The notes below the pieces were generated by a model. It was not told the DNA's origin. It searched no databases and was given only the letters and a program-made list of their open reading frames with translations. Both the position numbers and the translations under genes were made by a program. Positions 16,784 through 28,241 of a stretch of 64,000 nt of DNA are shown in pieces. Where the stretch lies: contig JAIQFI010000008.1 in NCBI GenBank assembly GCA_020073345.1, positions 42,108 through 106,107 on the forward strand, written 5' to 3'. Every line of letters begins with the position of its first letter. Position 1 is the stretch's first letter. The DNA is from Terriglobia bacterium. Lineage in GTDB: Bacteria; Acidobacteriota; Terriglobia; Bryobacterales; Bryobacteraceae.

Positions 16784-18928
16784 ATGAGTTCCTGGGCCGC
16801 CGGGCAGCAGCTCGGCCCCTACACGCTGCTCTCCCCCGTTGGCGCCGGCGGTATGGGCGAGGTGTGGAAGGCCCGCGACACGCGCCTGAACCGCGTGGTC
16901 GCGGTCAAAAGGCTCAAGCGCGAGCATAACGCACGCTTTGAGCAAGAGGCCCGCGCGATTGCCGCGCTGAATCATCCCCACATCTGCCAGATTCACGACA
17001 TCGGTCCGGATTACCTGGTGCTGGAGTATATCGAAGGCGCCCCGATTCGTGGCCCCCAGCCTCCCGAGGAATCCGTGCGGCTCGCGATTCAGATCGCCAC
17101 CGCTCTCGACGCCGCGCATCGCAAGGGCGTCGTGCACCGGGACTTGAAACCGGCCAACATCATGGTGACCACGGAAGGTTCGGTGAAGCTGCTCGACTTC
17201 GGGCTGGCCAAGCAGGTGACCGATTCCGACGAAACCCGCACCATCGAAGGCACTGTGATGGGTACGGCGGCGTACATGGCTCCGGAGCAGGCCGAAGGTA
17301 AGCCGCTGGATGCGCGTTCCGACGTCTTCAGTTTCGGCGCGGTGCTGTATGAGCTGTTGAGCGGCCGGCGGGCCTTTAGCGGCGAGAATTCGATCTCGAC
17401 CATGGCAGCGATCCTTCACAAGGAGCCTGCGCCGCTGGATGCCTCACCCGCGCTCCAGCAGATCGTAAAGCGCTGCCTGGCCAAGCAGCCGGCGAATCGT
17501 TTCCAAACTATGGCCGAGTTAAGAGCCGCGCTCGAAATCGCGCCTGTGACCGCTGCGAGCGCGGAGGAGCCGCCCTCCATTGCCGTGCTGCCGTTTTCCA
17601 ACATGAGCGCGGACAAGGAGAACGAATATTTCAGCGATGGTCTGGCCGAGGAGATCATCAACTTGCTGGCGCAGATTCCAGGGTTGAAGGTGATCGCGCG
17701 CACTTCGGCATTTGCGTTCCGTGGCAAGGAGATCGACATCCGCAAAGTGGCCGAGGCGCTTGGCGTCGCCACGGTCCTCGAAGGCAGCGTGCGCCGCGCC
17801 GGCAATCGAATTCGCGTCACCGCGCAGTTGATCACCGCCGCGGACGGGAGCCATCTGTGGTCCCAGCGCTACGACCGCGATATGGAGGATGTATTCGCCG
17901 TTCAGGATGAAGTCGCGGCGGCCATCGCGAGTACGCTCCACGCAAAGCTGTCCCCGAAGCCCGCCGAGCACCGGCGCCATGCACCCAAGCTTCCGGCCTA
18001 CGAGGCATATCTGAAAGCCCGCTATTACCAGTGGAAGTTCACCCCGGAATCGCCGGCGAAAGCCAAGGAGTGCTACGAGCAGGCCATAGCGCTCGATCCG
18101 GAGTTCGCTCTTGCCCACGTGGGGTACGCGGATTACGTTCTCTTCCAGACGCTCTTCAGTGGCCTTCCGGTCAGTCAAGCCGTGCCAGTGGCGCGAGCGA
18201 TGGCGCAACGGGCGCTCGAGTTAGACCCTCATCTGCCCGAGGCATATGGCATTTTGGGAAATATTGCCGGCAGCTTCGACTTCGATTGGAAGGAGTCCGA
18301 ACGGCTCTTCAAACTGGCGATGGCCCGGGATCCGGTTCCAGCGCTTGTCCGAGTATGGTACGGAATGTTCTACCTGGCGAGGGCAGGGCGCGCCCAGGAA
18401 GCGGTCGCTGAATGCGAACGGGGGCTGCAGGAAGACCCCCTGAACATTACATTCCGGGTGTGCCTCGCGAACTGTTTCATGTGGGCAGAAAAGTACGCGG
18501 ATGCCGAGAGAGAGGTCAGGCAAACTCTGGAAATCGATCCGCAGTTCTATCCCGCCTATGGAGTGCTGGCGGGTTTGCTCGTGGCGCGGGGAATGTTGGC
18601 GGAAGCCGTCTCCTGCGCTGAACGTGGTCTGCCGTGGACGGGTTCCCTAATTGCGGGCCTGCGAAAACGACTGGGTGATACAGCTGGCGCGGAGGAACTG
18701 ATGCGGAACGCTCCCCTCGTCGACGCCTATGGCGGCCCAATCGTGCGGGCCATCTTCCATTTGTACTGCGGGGAAATAGACGCGGCAGCGGATTGGATGG
18801 AGAAGGCCCTCGCCCAACGCCATCCCGGCGCCTGGATGATGCTGGCAAACCCCCTCGCGAGGGAGATACGGTCCGGGCCCCGTTGGCCGGCGCTGGCGAA
18901 AATGCTGAACCTGCCGGAAAGGGTCTAA
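16784..18928 (+). CDS. Ser/Thr protein kinase with a periplasmic TolB-N-like module and TPR repeats
   Basis: Kinase motifs GAGGMGEVWKA, HRDLKPANIM, DFGLAK and APE. Then IAVLPFSNMSADKENEYFSDGLAEEII, followed by TPR-like helices. Confidence 0.9.
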   Translation: MSSWAAGQQLGPYTLLSPVGAGGMGEVWKARDTRLNRVVAVKRLKREHNARFEQEARAIAALNHPHICQIHDIGPDYLVLEYIEGAPIRGPQPPEESVRLAIQIATALDAAHRKGVVHRDLKPANIMVTTEGSVKLLDFGLAKQVTDSDETRTIEGTVMGTAAYMAPEQAEGKPLDARSDVFSFGAVLYELLSGRRAFSGENSISTMAAILHKEPAPLDASPALQQIVKRCLAKQPANRFQTMAELRAALEIAPVTAASAEEPPSIAVLPFSNMSADKENEYFSDGLAEEIINLLAQIPGLKVIARTSAFAFRGKEIDIRKVAEALGVATVLEGSVRRAGNRIRVTAQLITAADGSHLWSQRYDRDMEDVFAVQDEVAAAIASTLHAKLSPKPAEHRRHAPKLPAYEAYLKARYYQWKFTPESPAKAKECYEQAIALDPEFALAHVGYADYVLFQTLFSGLPVSQAVPVARAMAQRALELDPHLPEAYGILGNIAGSFDFDWKESERLFKLAMARDPVPALVRVWYGMFYLARAGRAQEAVAECERGLQEDPLNITFRVCLANCFMWAEKYADAEREVRQTLEIDPQFYPAYGVLAGLLVARGMLAEAVSCAERGLPWTGSLIAGLRKRLGDTAGAEELMRNAPLVDAYGGPIVRAIFHLYCGEIDAAADWMEKALAQRHPGAWMMLANPLAREIRSGPRWPALAKMLNLPERV

Positions 18929-19485
18929 GCCCTGGCCTGGTAGGAAGCGTCGGACGTGGAAACCCGGATCTTCTCGCCTTCGTTGATGAACGGCGGCACT
19001 TGCACCACTAGACCAGTCTCCATCTTCGCGGCCTTGGTTACGTTCGAAACCGACGCACCTTTAATTCCAGGTTCGGTCTCAGCCACGGTCAGGTCGACAG
19101 TCGCCGGAAGCTCCACGCTGATGGGCTTGCCTTCGTAGAACTCGACCGCCACCTTGAGATTCGGCGTCAGATAATCGGTCGCGTCCCCGAGCAGGTCCTT
19201 GACCAGGTGCATCTGCTCGAAGGTTTCGGTGTTCATGAAGTAGAAGTACTCGCCGTCGTCGTACAGATACTCCATCTCCTGCTCATCGAGCGAAGCCTTC
19301 TCCACCTTGTCTTCCGACGAGAACCGATGCTCGATCATCGTGCCGGACTTGAAGTTACGCATCTTCACCTGAACAAAGCCCCGTAAGTTGCCCGGCGTGC
19401 GGTGTTCCATCTTGAAGACCGAGAACAGGTCGTTATTGAACTTCACCACCATGCCCGGGCGGAGTTGTGTTGCGGGAATCTGCAT
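18925..19485 (-). CDS. efp: Elongation factor P
   Basis: 186 aa with typical EF-P length and the KOW/OB layout. The loop reads HRTPGNLRGF instead of KPGKG. Confidence 0.9.
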   Translation of the reverse strand: MQIPATQLRPGMVVKFNNDLFSVFKMEHRTPGNLRGFVQVKMRNFKSGTMIEHRFSSEDKVEKASLDEQEMEYLYDDGEYFYFMNTETFEQMHLVKDLLGDATDYLTPNLKVAVEFYEGKPISVELPATVDLTVAETEPGIKGASVSNVTKAAKMETGLVVQVPPFINEGEKIRVSTSDASYQARA

Positions 19486-19537
19486 AAGGGAAGCTTCAGT
19501 TTAGCAAACGCCCCTAGAAAATCCCCAATTTTCCCTC

Positions 19538-19566
19538 TTGACAATGTATTAGTTAACTAGTACACT
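19538..19566 (+). promoter_or_regulatory. Candidate promoter with an overlapping palindromic operator for the GntR-SPFH operon
   Basis: TTGACA 19538-19543, a 17-nt spacer, and TACACT 19561-19566. The imperfect 18-bp palindrome GTATTAGTTAACTAGTAC (19546-19563) sits in the spacer and -10. The ATG is only 10 nt after the -10 and there is no SD. Confidence 0.5.
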
Positions 19567-19576
19567 ATAAATCGAG

Positions 19577-19981
19577 ATGACTAGGACGGCGCCTTTTACC
19601 TTCAAGCTGGACACGCGCAGCGGCGTGCCGGTTTACCGACAGCTCATCGATCAGGTGCAGGCGGGAATCGCTTCCGGCAACCTGGCCAGCGGCGATCAGA
19701 TCCCTACCGTCCGGCAGGTGGCCGTGGACCTGGAGATTAATCCCAACACGGTGTTACGAGCGTACCGGGAGCTCGAAATTCGAGGCGTTCTGGATACCCA
19801 GCAGGGCACCGGGACGTTTATTTCGGAGCGCAAAGTTACGCAGGACGATGCGGAGCACGGGCGCCGACTGGAGCAACTGGTGAGCGAGTTCGTGGCGCGC
19901 GCGGGCGCCGGCGGATTCACGGTGCCGGAGTTGATCGAGAGCCTGCGCGAACGCCTGCCGGAAGACAAAAAGAGGAGATAG
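19577..19981 (+). CDS. GntR family (YtrA-like, short) transcriptional regulator
   Basis: PVYRQLIDQVQAGIASGNLASGDQIPTVRQVAVDLEINPNTVLRAYRELEIRGVL winged-helix motif. 134 aa. Confidence 0.9.
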   Translation: MTRTAPFTFKLDTRSGVPVYRQLIDQVQAGIASGNLASGDQIPTVRQVAVDLEINPNTVLRAYRELEIRGVLDTQQGTGTFISERKVTQDDAEHGRRLEQLVSEFVARAGAGGFTVPELIESLRERLPEDKKRR

Positions 19982-19984
19982 CAA

Positions 19985-22479
<2,495 letters not shown>

Positions 22480-22501
22480 CGGCGCTTGGAACAGTGGCGT
22501 C

Positions 22502-23458
22502 TTGAGTAACGGTCCCTCCAAAACCTGTCTTTACGTAGCCGCTGGACGAGCGCTGGGCGCACGCGAGCCCGACGAATCCATCCGCAATCCGGATTATCTG
22601 GCCGAACGCTTGCTGGGTCCCGACGAGCGGGCCCTGGTCGCGGACCAGGCCGTAGTGCAGGCGTTGGATCTGGATTTCGCCGAAGCCCGCAAGAATATCG
22701 AAGCGCTTAGCTCCGCGATCATGATGATCATCCGCACGCGATTCATCGAGGAGCGTCTGGAACACGCGATTCGCGACGGAGTTTCGCAAGTCGTGATTCT
22801 TGGCGCGGGGTTCGACACGCGGGCATATCGGCTCACGGAATTGCTCAAGAACGCGCGCGTGTTTGAAGTCGATCAGACGTCCACCCAGGAATACAAGAAA
22901 CGCCGTATCCGGGAAACCGGTATTGAGATTCCGGCGAATCTGACCTATGTGCCCGTGGACTTTCGGCACGACAAATTAGGCGACGTTCTCGCGGCGGCAG
23001 GCTACGACTCCGCCCGCAAAACGTTCTTCATCTGGGAAGGAGTCACGATGTACCTTCCCGAAGCGGCCGTCGACGAAACTTTGCGCTGGGTGGCGGCGCA
23101 GGCTCCCGGCAGCACCATCATTTTCGATTTCGTCGGCGCGATGCTCATCAAATTCATGGCGACTGCGGATTTGAGTATGTTCCCCGAAGCCGCGCAGAAA
23201 GCCTTCGAACGACTGCGCAAGCTCACAGCCGGCGAGCCCTGGATTTTCGGTCTCCCCGATACAGGCGAGCGCGAGTTTCTGGCCAAACTAGGCTTGGAGC
23301 TGCGCGAGTTGCTCCCCGTAGGCGGCCCGGATTCGATGAAGCGCTACCTCACGCGCAGCGATGGAACGCCGTACATTCCGATGCCTCCGCCCCAGCAGCA
23401 GGCCCAGTCGCAGCGCGGGGGCTACTGTCTGGCGGAAGCCTTCGTGCCCGCGCGTTAG
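22502..23458 (+). CDS. Class I SAM-dependent methyltransferase (leucine carboxyl / TIGR00027-like O-methyltransferase family)
   Basis: TTG start. [15 protein letters not shown] and [10 protein letters not shown] motifs. Confidence 0.8.
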   Translation: MSNGPSKTCLYVAAGRALGAREPDESIRNPDYLAERLLGPDERALVADQAVVQALDLDFAEARKNIEALSSAIMMIIRTRFIEERLEHAIRDGVSQVVILGAGFDTRAYRLTELLKNARVFEVDQTSTQEYKKRRIRETGIEIPANLTYVPVDFRHDKLGDVLAAAGYDSARKTFFIWEGVTMYLPEAAVDETLRWVAAQAPGSTIIFDFVGAMLIKFMATADLSMFPEAAQKAFERLRKLTAGEPWIFGLPDTGEREFLAKLGLELRELLPVGGPDSMKRYLTRSDGTPYIPMPPPQQQAQSQRGGYCLAEAFVPAR

Positions 23459-24435
23459 GGTAATACCAGGTATCCGATCCCGATCAGAACTGGAAGGCTG
23501 GCGAGCATTACCCAGCTCCACGGATTCCCCATGTTGGACGTGAGACCGATTCCGTCCCGCCGCGCCACAAACAGAGCTGCGTCGTTGGGGTTGTAGTAGA
23601 TCATCCCGCCCTTCCAGCATTCGTTGGGAGGCGGATCCACGGGCGTGCGCGGATCGTTGGATTTCTTGATCAGGTAAATAATGCTGACCACAATAATCGG
23701 AACCCCGCCGACTGCGACTACCGCGAACGGCAGATGGACCACAGGTCCTAAAGCCACACCGGCCAAAGTGAGAGCCAAGGTCCATTCGGCAGCCACAACG
23801 TACCCCACCATCGGCCTTCGGAGGGGTTCAGACCGGCGCGATCCATACCAAATCGCGAGAGCAAATCCGAAGAACCAAATTATCAGTTCGGCCCCAAAAA
23901 ACAGCGGAGCGTAAACTCCTCGGAAGGACCGATCTGCCCAGCGGTTCGGATTTCCATCCAGTCCCCAATGGACCGGGTACCGGGACGGAATGCTATCCCA
24001 GTGCGCGTGTAGGTACAGAGCGGCGGTTACCAACAACAGCAGGGGTACGAGACCAAGCCATACGAACCACGGCAATCGCTCGGACGAGGCGCTCAGTTCG
24101 AGTTCCCGGAGCGGTTGCGGCTGGACGGCGAACGCTCGTAGCTTCCGGTTTTGCAATACGAAAGTGGTGAACCCCGCCAGCATCATGATACCGGGCGCGA
24201 GGAGAAACAAGGGAATGAATCGTGAGCCCAGCAGCACGATCGCCATTGCTCCAGCAACGGCGGGAACCAGGATGGCGAGTCGAAATTCGCGGATCGCCCT
24301 GCGTCCTTCCGGGCTCAACCGGAAGTCGGCACCGACCACCACTCCGAACAGGATCTCCCGCCGTACCATATTCGGAAGGGCGAGCATGATCAAGCTCATC
24401 AGCACATGGGCCACCAGAGGAATCATGACGATCAT
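23455..24435 (-). CDS. Membrane protein with DUF1648-like and DUF5808-like regions
   Basis: Multi-TM. HAHWDSIPSRYPVHWGLDGNPNRW (DUF1648 pattern) and CWKGGMIYYNPNDAALFVARRDGIGLTSNMGNPW (DUF5808 pattern). Family names are from memory. Confidence 0.7.
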   Translation of the reverse strand: MIVMIPLVAHVLMSLIMLALPNMVRREILFGVVVGADFRLSPEGRRAIREFRLAILVPAVAGAMAIVLLGSRFIPLFLLAPGIMMLAGFTTFVLQNRKLRAFAVQPQPLRELELSASSERLPWFVWLGLVPLLLLVTAALYLHAHWDSIPSRYPVHWGLDGNPNRWADRSFRGVYAPLFFGAELIIWFFGFALAIWYGSRRSEPLRRPMVGYVVAAEWTLALTLAGVALGPVVHLPFAVVAVGGVPIIVVSIIYLIKKSNDPRTPVDPPPNECWKGGMIYYNPNDAALFVARRDGIGLTSNMGNPWSWVMLASLPVLIGIGYLVLP

Positions 24436-24824
24436 GAGTTGAGTCCCTCCGCGAGCGCGCGCAATTCGGCTGCAATTTTAGCCGGTGGGACGCCGCGCGC
24501 GCGCATTTGCGAAATCAATTCGCGCAAGCGCTGGCGATAATCCGCGACTTCATTCCGGGATGCGTTGGCCGGCTGAGTTCGCTCCACTACCGTCGCCCCG
24601 CGGCCGTGGCGCAGATCGAGCCAGCCCTCTGCGGCAAGCATACGGTAGGCTTCGGCGACCGTATTGAAGTGCACGCCCAACTCCATCGCGACCCGGCGGA
24701 CCGACGGTAAATGGCTGCCGGGTTTGAGCCGGCCCTCCACCAGCTCCACCCGCAGACCGTCGGCGATCTGCCGGGTCGCGGGGACCGGAGAGTTGAGGTC
24801 GATGCGAATACGGGGGCCCGCCAT
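24432..24824 (-). CDS. GntR family (YtrA-like) transcriptional regulator
   Basis: PATRQIADGLRVELVEGRLKPGSHLPSVRRVAMELGVHFNTVAEAYRML. A 4-nt overlap couples it to the downstream membrane protein. Confidence 0.9.
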   Translation of the reverse strand: MAGPRIRIDLNSPVPATRQIADGLRVELVEGRLKPGSHLPSVRRVAMELGVHFNTVAEAYRMLAAEGWLDLRHGRGATVVERTQPANASRNEVADYRQRLRELISQMRARGVPPAKIAAELRALAEGLNS

Positions 24825-24825
24825 C

Positions 24826-24862
24826 ACTGTACAGTGTATAAGAACACTATACAGTCTGTCAA
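24826..24862 (-). promoter_or_regulatory. Candidate promoter plus two operator half-sites for the GntR/DUF1648 operon
   Basis: On the minus strand: TTGACA (24857-24862), a 16-nt spacer, and TATACA (24835-24840). The perfect palindrome ACTGTACAGT (24826-24835) and its near copy ACTATACAGT (24846-24855) are 20 bp apart. The start codon lies 7-10 nt from the -10. Confidence 0.5.
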
Positions 24863-26211
24863 GAGACTACCCTCGCCTTGAATCGGCCTTGCGAGACTCG
24901 CACTTGGATCTCGGAATCGACCGGCACGTCCGCGGGGGATTTCACGATCGTTTTTTCGCCTTGGCCTCCCCGTTCCACAATCGCGTAGCCGCGGTCCAGA
25001 ATCTTGAGCGGGCTAAGCTGCGCCAGATGCGCCGCCAGTGGGCCGAGTTCGCCGTTAGCGCGGCTCAGCCGCAGCCGGATCGCCTGGTTCACCGCCGCGG
25101 CACACGCTTCCAGGCGTCGTCGAGAAGCCGCGAATTGCAGCCGGACATCGCGCTGGACTAGTCTTGTCGCCACTGCATCCAGGGAACGTTTACGCAGGCC
25201 CAGAGCGAGCCGAACACCGTCGCGTAACGCGTACTCCAGCTCGTCAACTCGCTGCATCCGCCGGCCAAGAGTTCGATGCAGGCGCGCTGGGTCGATCGCC
25301 GCCGAATGAAATCGTCGAGCCCGCAGAGCGAGCGTTAAACGAGCCGCCTGGCGCAATCGCCCCTCCGCTCCGGACAATCCCTCCAGCAGGCTTTGGCGTG
25401 TTGATGCGACCAGTTCCGCCGCCGCTGAAGGCGTAGGCGCGCGGAGATCCGCCACGAAATCGGCGATGGTGAAATCCGTTTCGTGACCCACTGCGGAAAT
25501 AACCGGCACCGGTGACGCTGCGATGGCACGCGCCACGCGCTCCTCGTTAAACGCCCACAGGTCTTCGAGTGAGCCTCCGCCACGGGCCACGATCAGCACC
25601 TCCGGCCAGCCGGATTCCGCAAAGTATTCGATGCCGGCGGCGATCTGCTCCGCCGCTCCCTCGCCCTGCACCTGCGCCGGATAAAGGCGGATGTGACGCC
25701 CCGGGCAACGCCGCTCCAGAATGTGGATCATGTCGCGGATCACCGCGCCTGAAGGCGACGTCACGATCCCGATCCGTTCCGGCAGCGACGGCAGCGGACG
25801 CTTACGGGCCTGGTCAAAGAGTCCTTCAGCGGCCAGCTTCCGCTTCAGCTGCTCGAACGCCAGTTGGAGTGCTCCGTGGCCCTGCGGCTCCAGCGCTTCC
25901 ACCACTAATTGCACTTCGCCGCGAGCGTCGTAGAGATCGATGCGTCCGCGCGCCAGCACCGCCACGCCGTCCTGCGGCTTGAACTTGAGATAGCGGGCGG
26001 TCATTTTGTAGCACACGCAGCGGATCTGCGCGGATTCGTCTTTCAAAGTGAAGTAGTAGTGGCCACTGGGCGGGAGCTTCGCACCGGAAATCTCCCCCGC
26101 CACCCAGATATCGGCGAACTCACCCGACAGCATCGCGCGCATCTCCGCGGTCAATTCGCTGACGGTGTACGATCGCCGCTGGAGGCCCCAGTCGAGTGTG
26201 AACTGTTCCAT
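24859..26211 (-). CDS. xseA: Exodeoxyribonuclease VII large subunit
   Basis: 450 aa. YTVSELTAEMRAMLSGEFADIWVAGEISGAK...HYYFTLKDE OB-fold start and a long helical C-terminus. Confidence 0.93.
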   Translation of the reverse strand: MEQFTLDWGLQRRSYTVSELTAEMRAMLSGEFADIWVAGEISGAKLPPSGHYYFTLKDESAQIRCVCYKMTARYLKFKPQDGVAVLARGRIDLYDARGEVQLVVEALEPQGHGALQLAFEQLKRKLAAEGLFDQARKRPLPSLPERIGIVTSPSGAVIRDMIHILERRCPGRHIRLYPAQVQGEGAAEQIAAGIEYFAESGWPEVLIVARGGGSLEDLWAFNEERVARAIAASPVPVISAVGHETDFTIADFVADLRAPTPSAAAELVASTRQSLLEGLSGAEGRLRQAARLTLALRARRFHSAAIDPARLHRTLGRRMQRVDELEYALRDGVRLALGLRKRSLDAVATRLVQRDVRLQFAASRRRLEACAAAVNQAIRLRLSRANGELGPLAAHLAQLSPLKILDRGYAIVERGGQGEKTIVKSPADVPVDSEIQVRVSQGRFKARVVS

Positions 26212-26294
26212 GCTTTTTCCAAAAAGAGTTTGCTCTATGTGTTCCAGTGTAAGCCGCTGCCGCGCGTGGAAGTGTTTCCGTATATCATGTGGGA

Positions 26295-27704
26295 ATGACT
26301 TCCAAAGAAGCTCTCGAATTTGCGAAGAAAAACGATGTCAAGCAGCTCGATCTGCGCTTCACCGACCTGCCCGGCGTTCAACAGCACGTTTCCTATCCCA
26401 TCGGCGAGCTGAGTGAGTCCAGCTTTGAGGAGGGCTTCGGCTTCGACGGCAGCTCCATCCGCGGCTGGGCCGCCATCAACGAATCCGACATGCTGCTGGT
26501 ACCCGACCCGGCTACCGCGATCCTCGATCCGTTCTTCGAAGTGAAAACCCTGGTGATGATCTGCAACGTCATCGATCCCATCACCCGCCAGAGTTACGAC
26601 CGCGATCCGCGCTGGATCGCCCGCAAGGCCGAGCTGTACGTGAAGAACTCTGGGTTAGCCGACACCGCCTTCTTTGGCGCCGAAGCCGAGTTCTTTATCT
26701 TCGACAGCGTCAGCTTCGACCAGAACGCGCACGAGGGCTTCTACTTCATCGACGCTGAGGAAGGCCGTTGGAACTCCAGCCGCAAGGAGAACAACCTGGG
26801 CTACCGGCCGCGCTATAAGGAAGGCTATTTTCCGGTGCCGCCCACCGATCATCACCAGGACCTGCGCGCCGAGATGGTGGAGACCATGGGCAAGGTGGGT
26901 CTCGATATCGAGTGCCATCATCACGAGGTCGCCACGGCCGGCCAGTGCGAGATCGATCAGCGCTTCAACACGCTCACCAAGTCGGCCGACAACATGATGC
27001 TGTACAAGTACGTGATCCGCAACACGGCGTATCAGTACGGCAAGACCGTTACCTTCATGCCGAAGCCTCTGTTCGGCGATAACGGCAGCGGGATGCACAC
27101 CCACCAGAGCCTGTGGAAGGGCGGCAAGCCCCTGTTCGCCGGCGATCTCTATGCTGGTCTGAGCCAGATGGCCTTGTGGTACATCGGCGGATTGCTGAAG
27201 CATGCGCGTGCGCTGGCCGCCATCATCGCACCCACTACTAACAGCTACAAGAGACTGGTTCCGGGCTACGAAGCGCCGGTGAATCTGGCGTATTCCCGGC
27301 GCAACCGCTCGGCGGCGTGCCGCATTCCGATGTACTCGGCCTCACCCAAAGCCAAGCGCGTCGAGTTCCGGCCGCCGGATCCGTCTTCCAACCCGTATCT
27401 GGCCTTCGCGGCGATGGTGATGGCCGGATTGGACGGCGTGCTGAACAAGATCGATCCAGGCGAGCCGCTGGACAAGGACATTTACGATCTGTCACCGGAA
27501 GAGATGAAGGCGGTGCCGTCCATGCCGTCCTCGCTCGAAGAGGCCTTGAGCGCCATCGAAGACGATCACGCGTTTCTGTTGAAGGGCGACGTGTTCACCG
27601 AGGAATTGCTCGAGAACTACATCGCCTACAAGCGCAAGAATGAGGCGGATGCCGTCCGGCTGCGCCCGCATCCTTACGAGTTCGCCCTGTATTACGACAT
27701 CTAA
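26295..27704 (+). CDS. glnA: Glutamine synthetase type I (beta subtype, adenylylatable)
   Basis: 469 aa from ATG 26295. Motifs [18 protein letters not shown] and [13 protein letters not shown]. The adenylylation motif [10 protein letters not shown] places Tyr at residue 397 (codon 27483-27485). Confidence 0.96.
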   Translation: MTSKEALEFAKKNDVKQLDLRFTDLPGVQQHVSYPIGELSESSFEEGFGFDGSSIRGWAAINESDMLLVPDPATAILDPFFEVKTLVMICNVIDPITRQSYDRDPRWIARKAELYVKNSGLADTAFFGAEAEFFIFDSVSFDQNAHEGFYFIDAEEGRWNSSRKENNLGYRPRYKEGYFPVPPTDHHQDLRAEMVETMGKVGLDIECHHHEVATAGQCEIDQRFNTLTKSADNMMLYKYVIRNTAYQYGKTVTFMPKPLFGDNGSGMHTHQSLWKGGKPLFAGDLYAGLSQMALWYIGGLLKHARALAAIIAPTTNSYKRLVPGYEAPVNLAYSRRNRSAACRIPMYSASPKAKRVEFRPPDPSSNPYLAFAAMVMAGLDGVLNKIDPGEPLDKDIYDLSPEEMKAVPSMPSSLEEALSAIEDDHAFLLKGDVFTEELLENYIAYKRKNEADAVRLRPHPYEFALYYDI

Positions 27705-27706
27705 CG

Positions 27707-28075
<369 letters not shown>

Positions 28076-28116
28076 CTACTTGGGTATCTACATGATGCCC
28101 CGGAGCCTTTCTCCTT

Positions 28117-28133
28117 CCAAACGAAACGTTTGG
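28117..28133. promoter_or_regulatory. Perfect palindrome in the divergent glnB/porin control region
   Basis: CCAAACG-AAA-CGTTTGG. It sits near a 13/14-nt tandem repeat CTTGGG(G)T(T)ATCTAC x2 (28064-28091). Confidence 0.3.
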
Positions 28134-28241
28134 ATTGGATGGATCAAAAATATCTATTGGACGTTTTACCAAACTGCCATTAGGCTAAAGCTTAAAGCTC
28201 AGTCCGCTTTTGCAAATCCATTAACCTCAGGAGGTCGTAAA

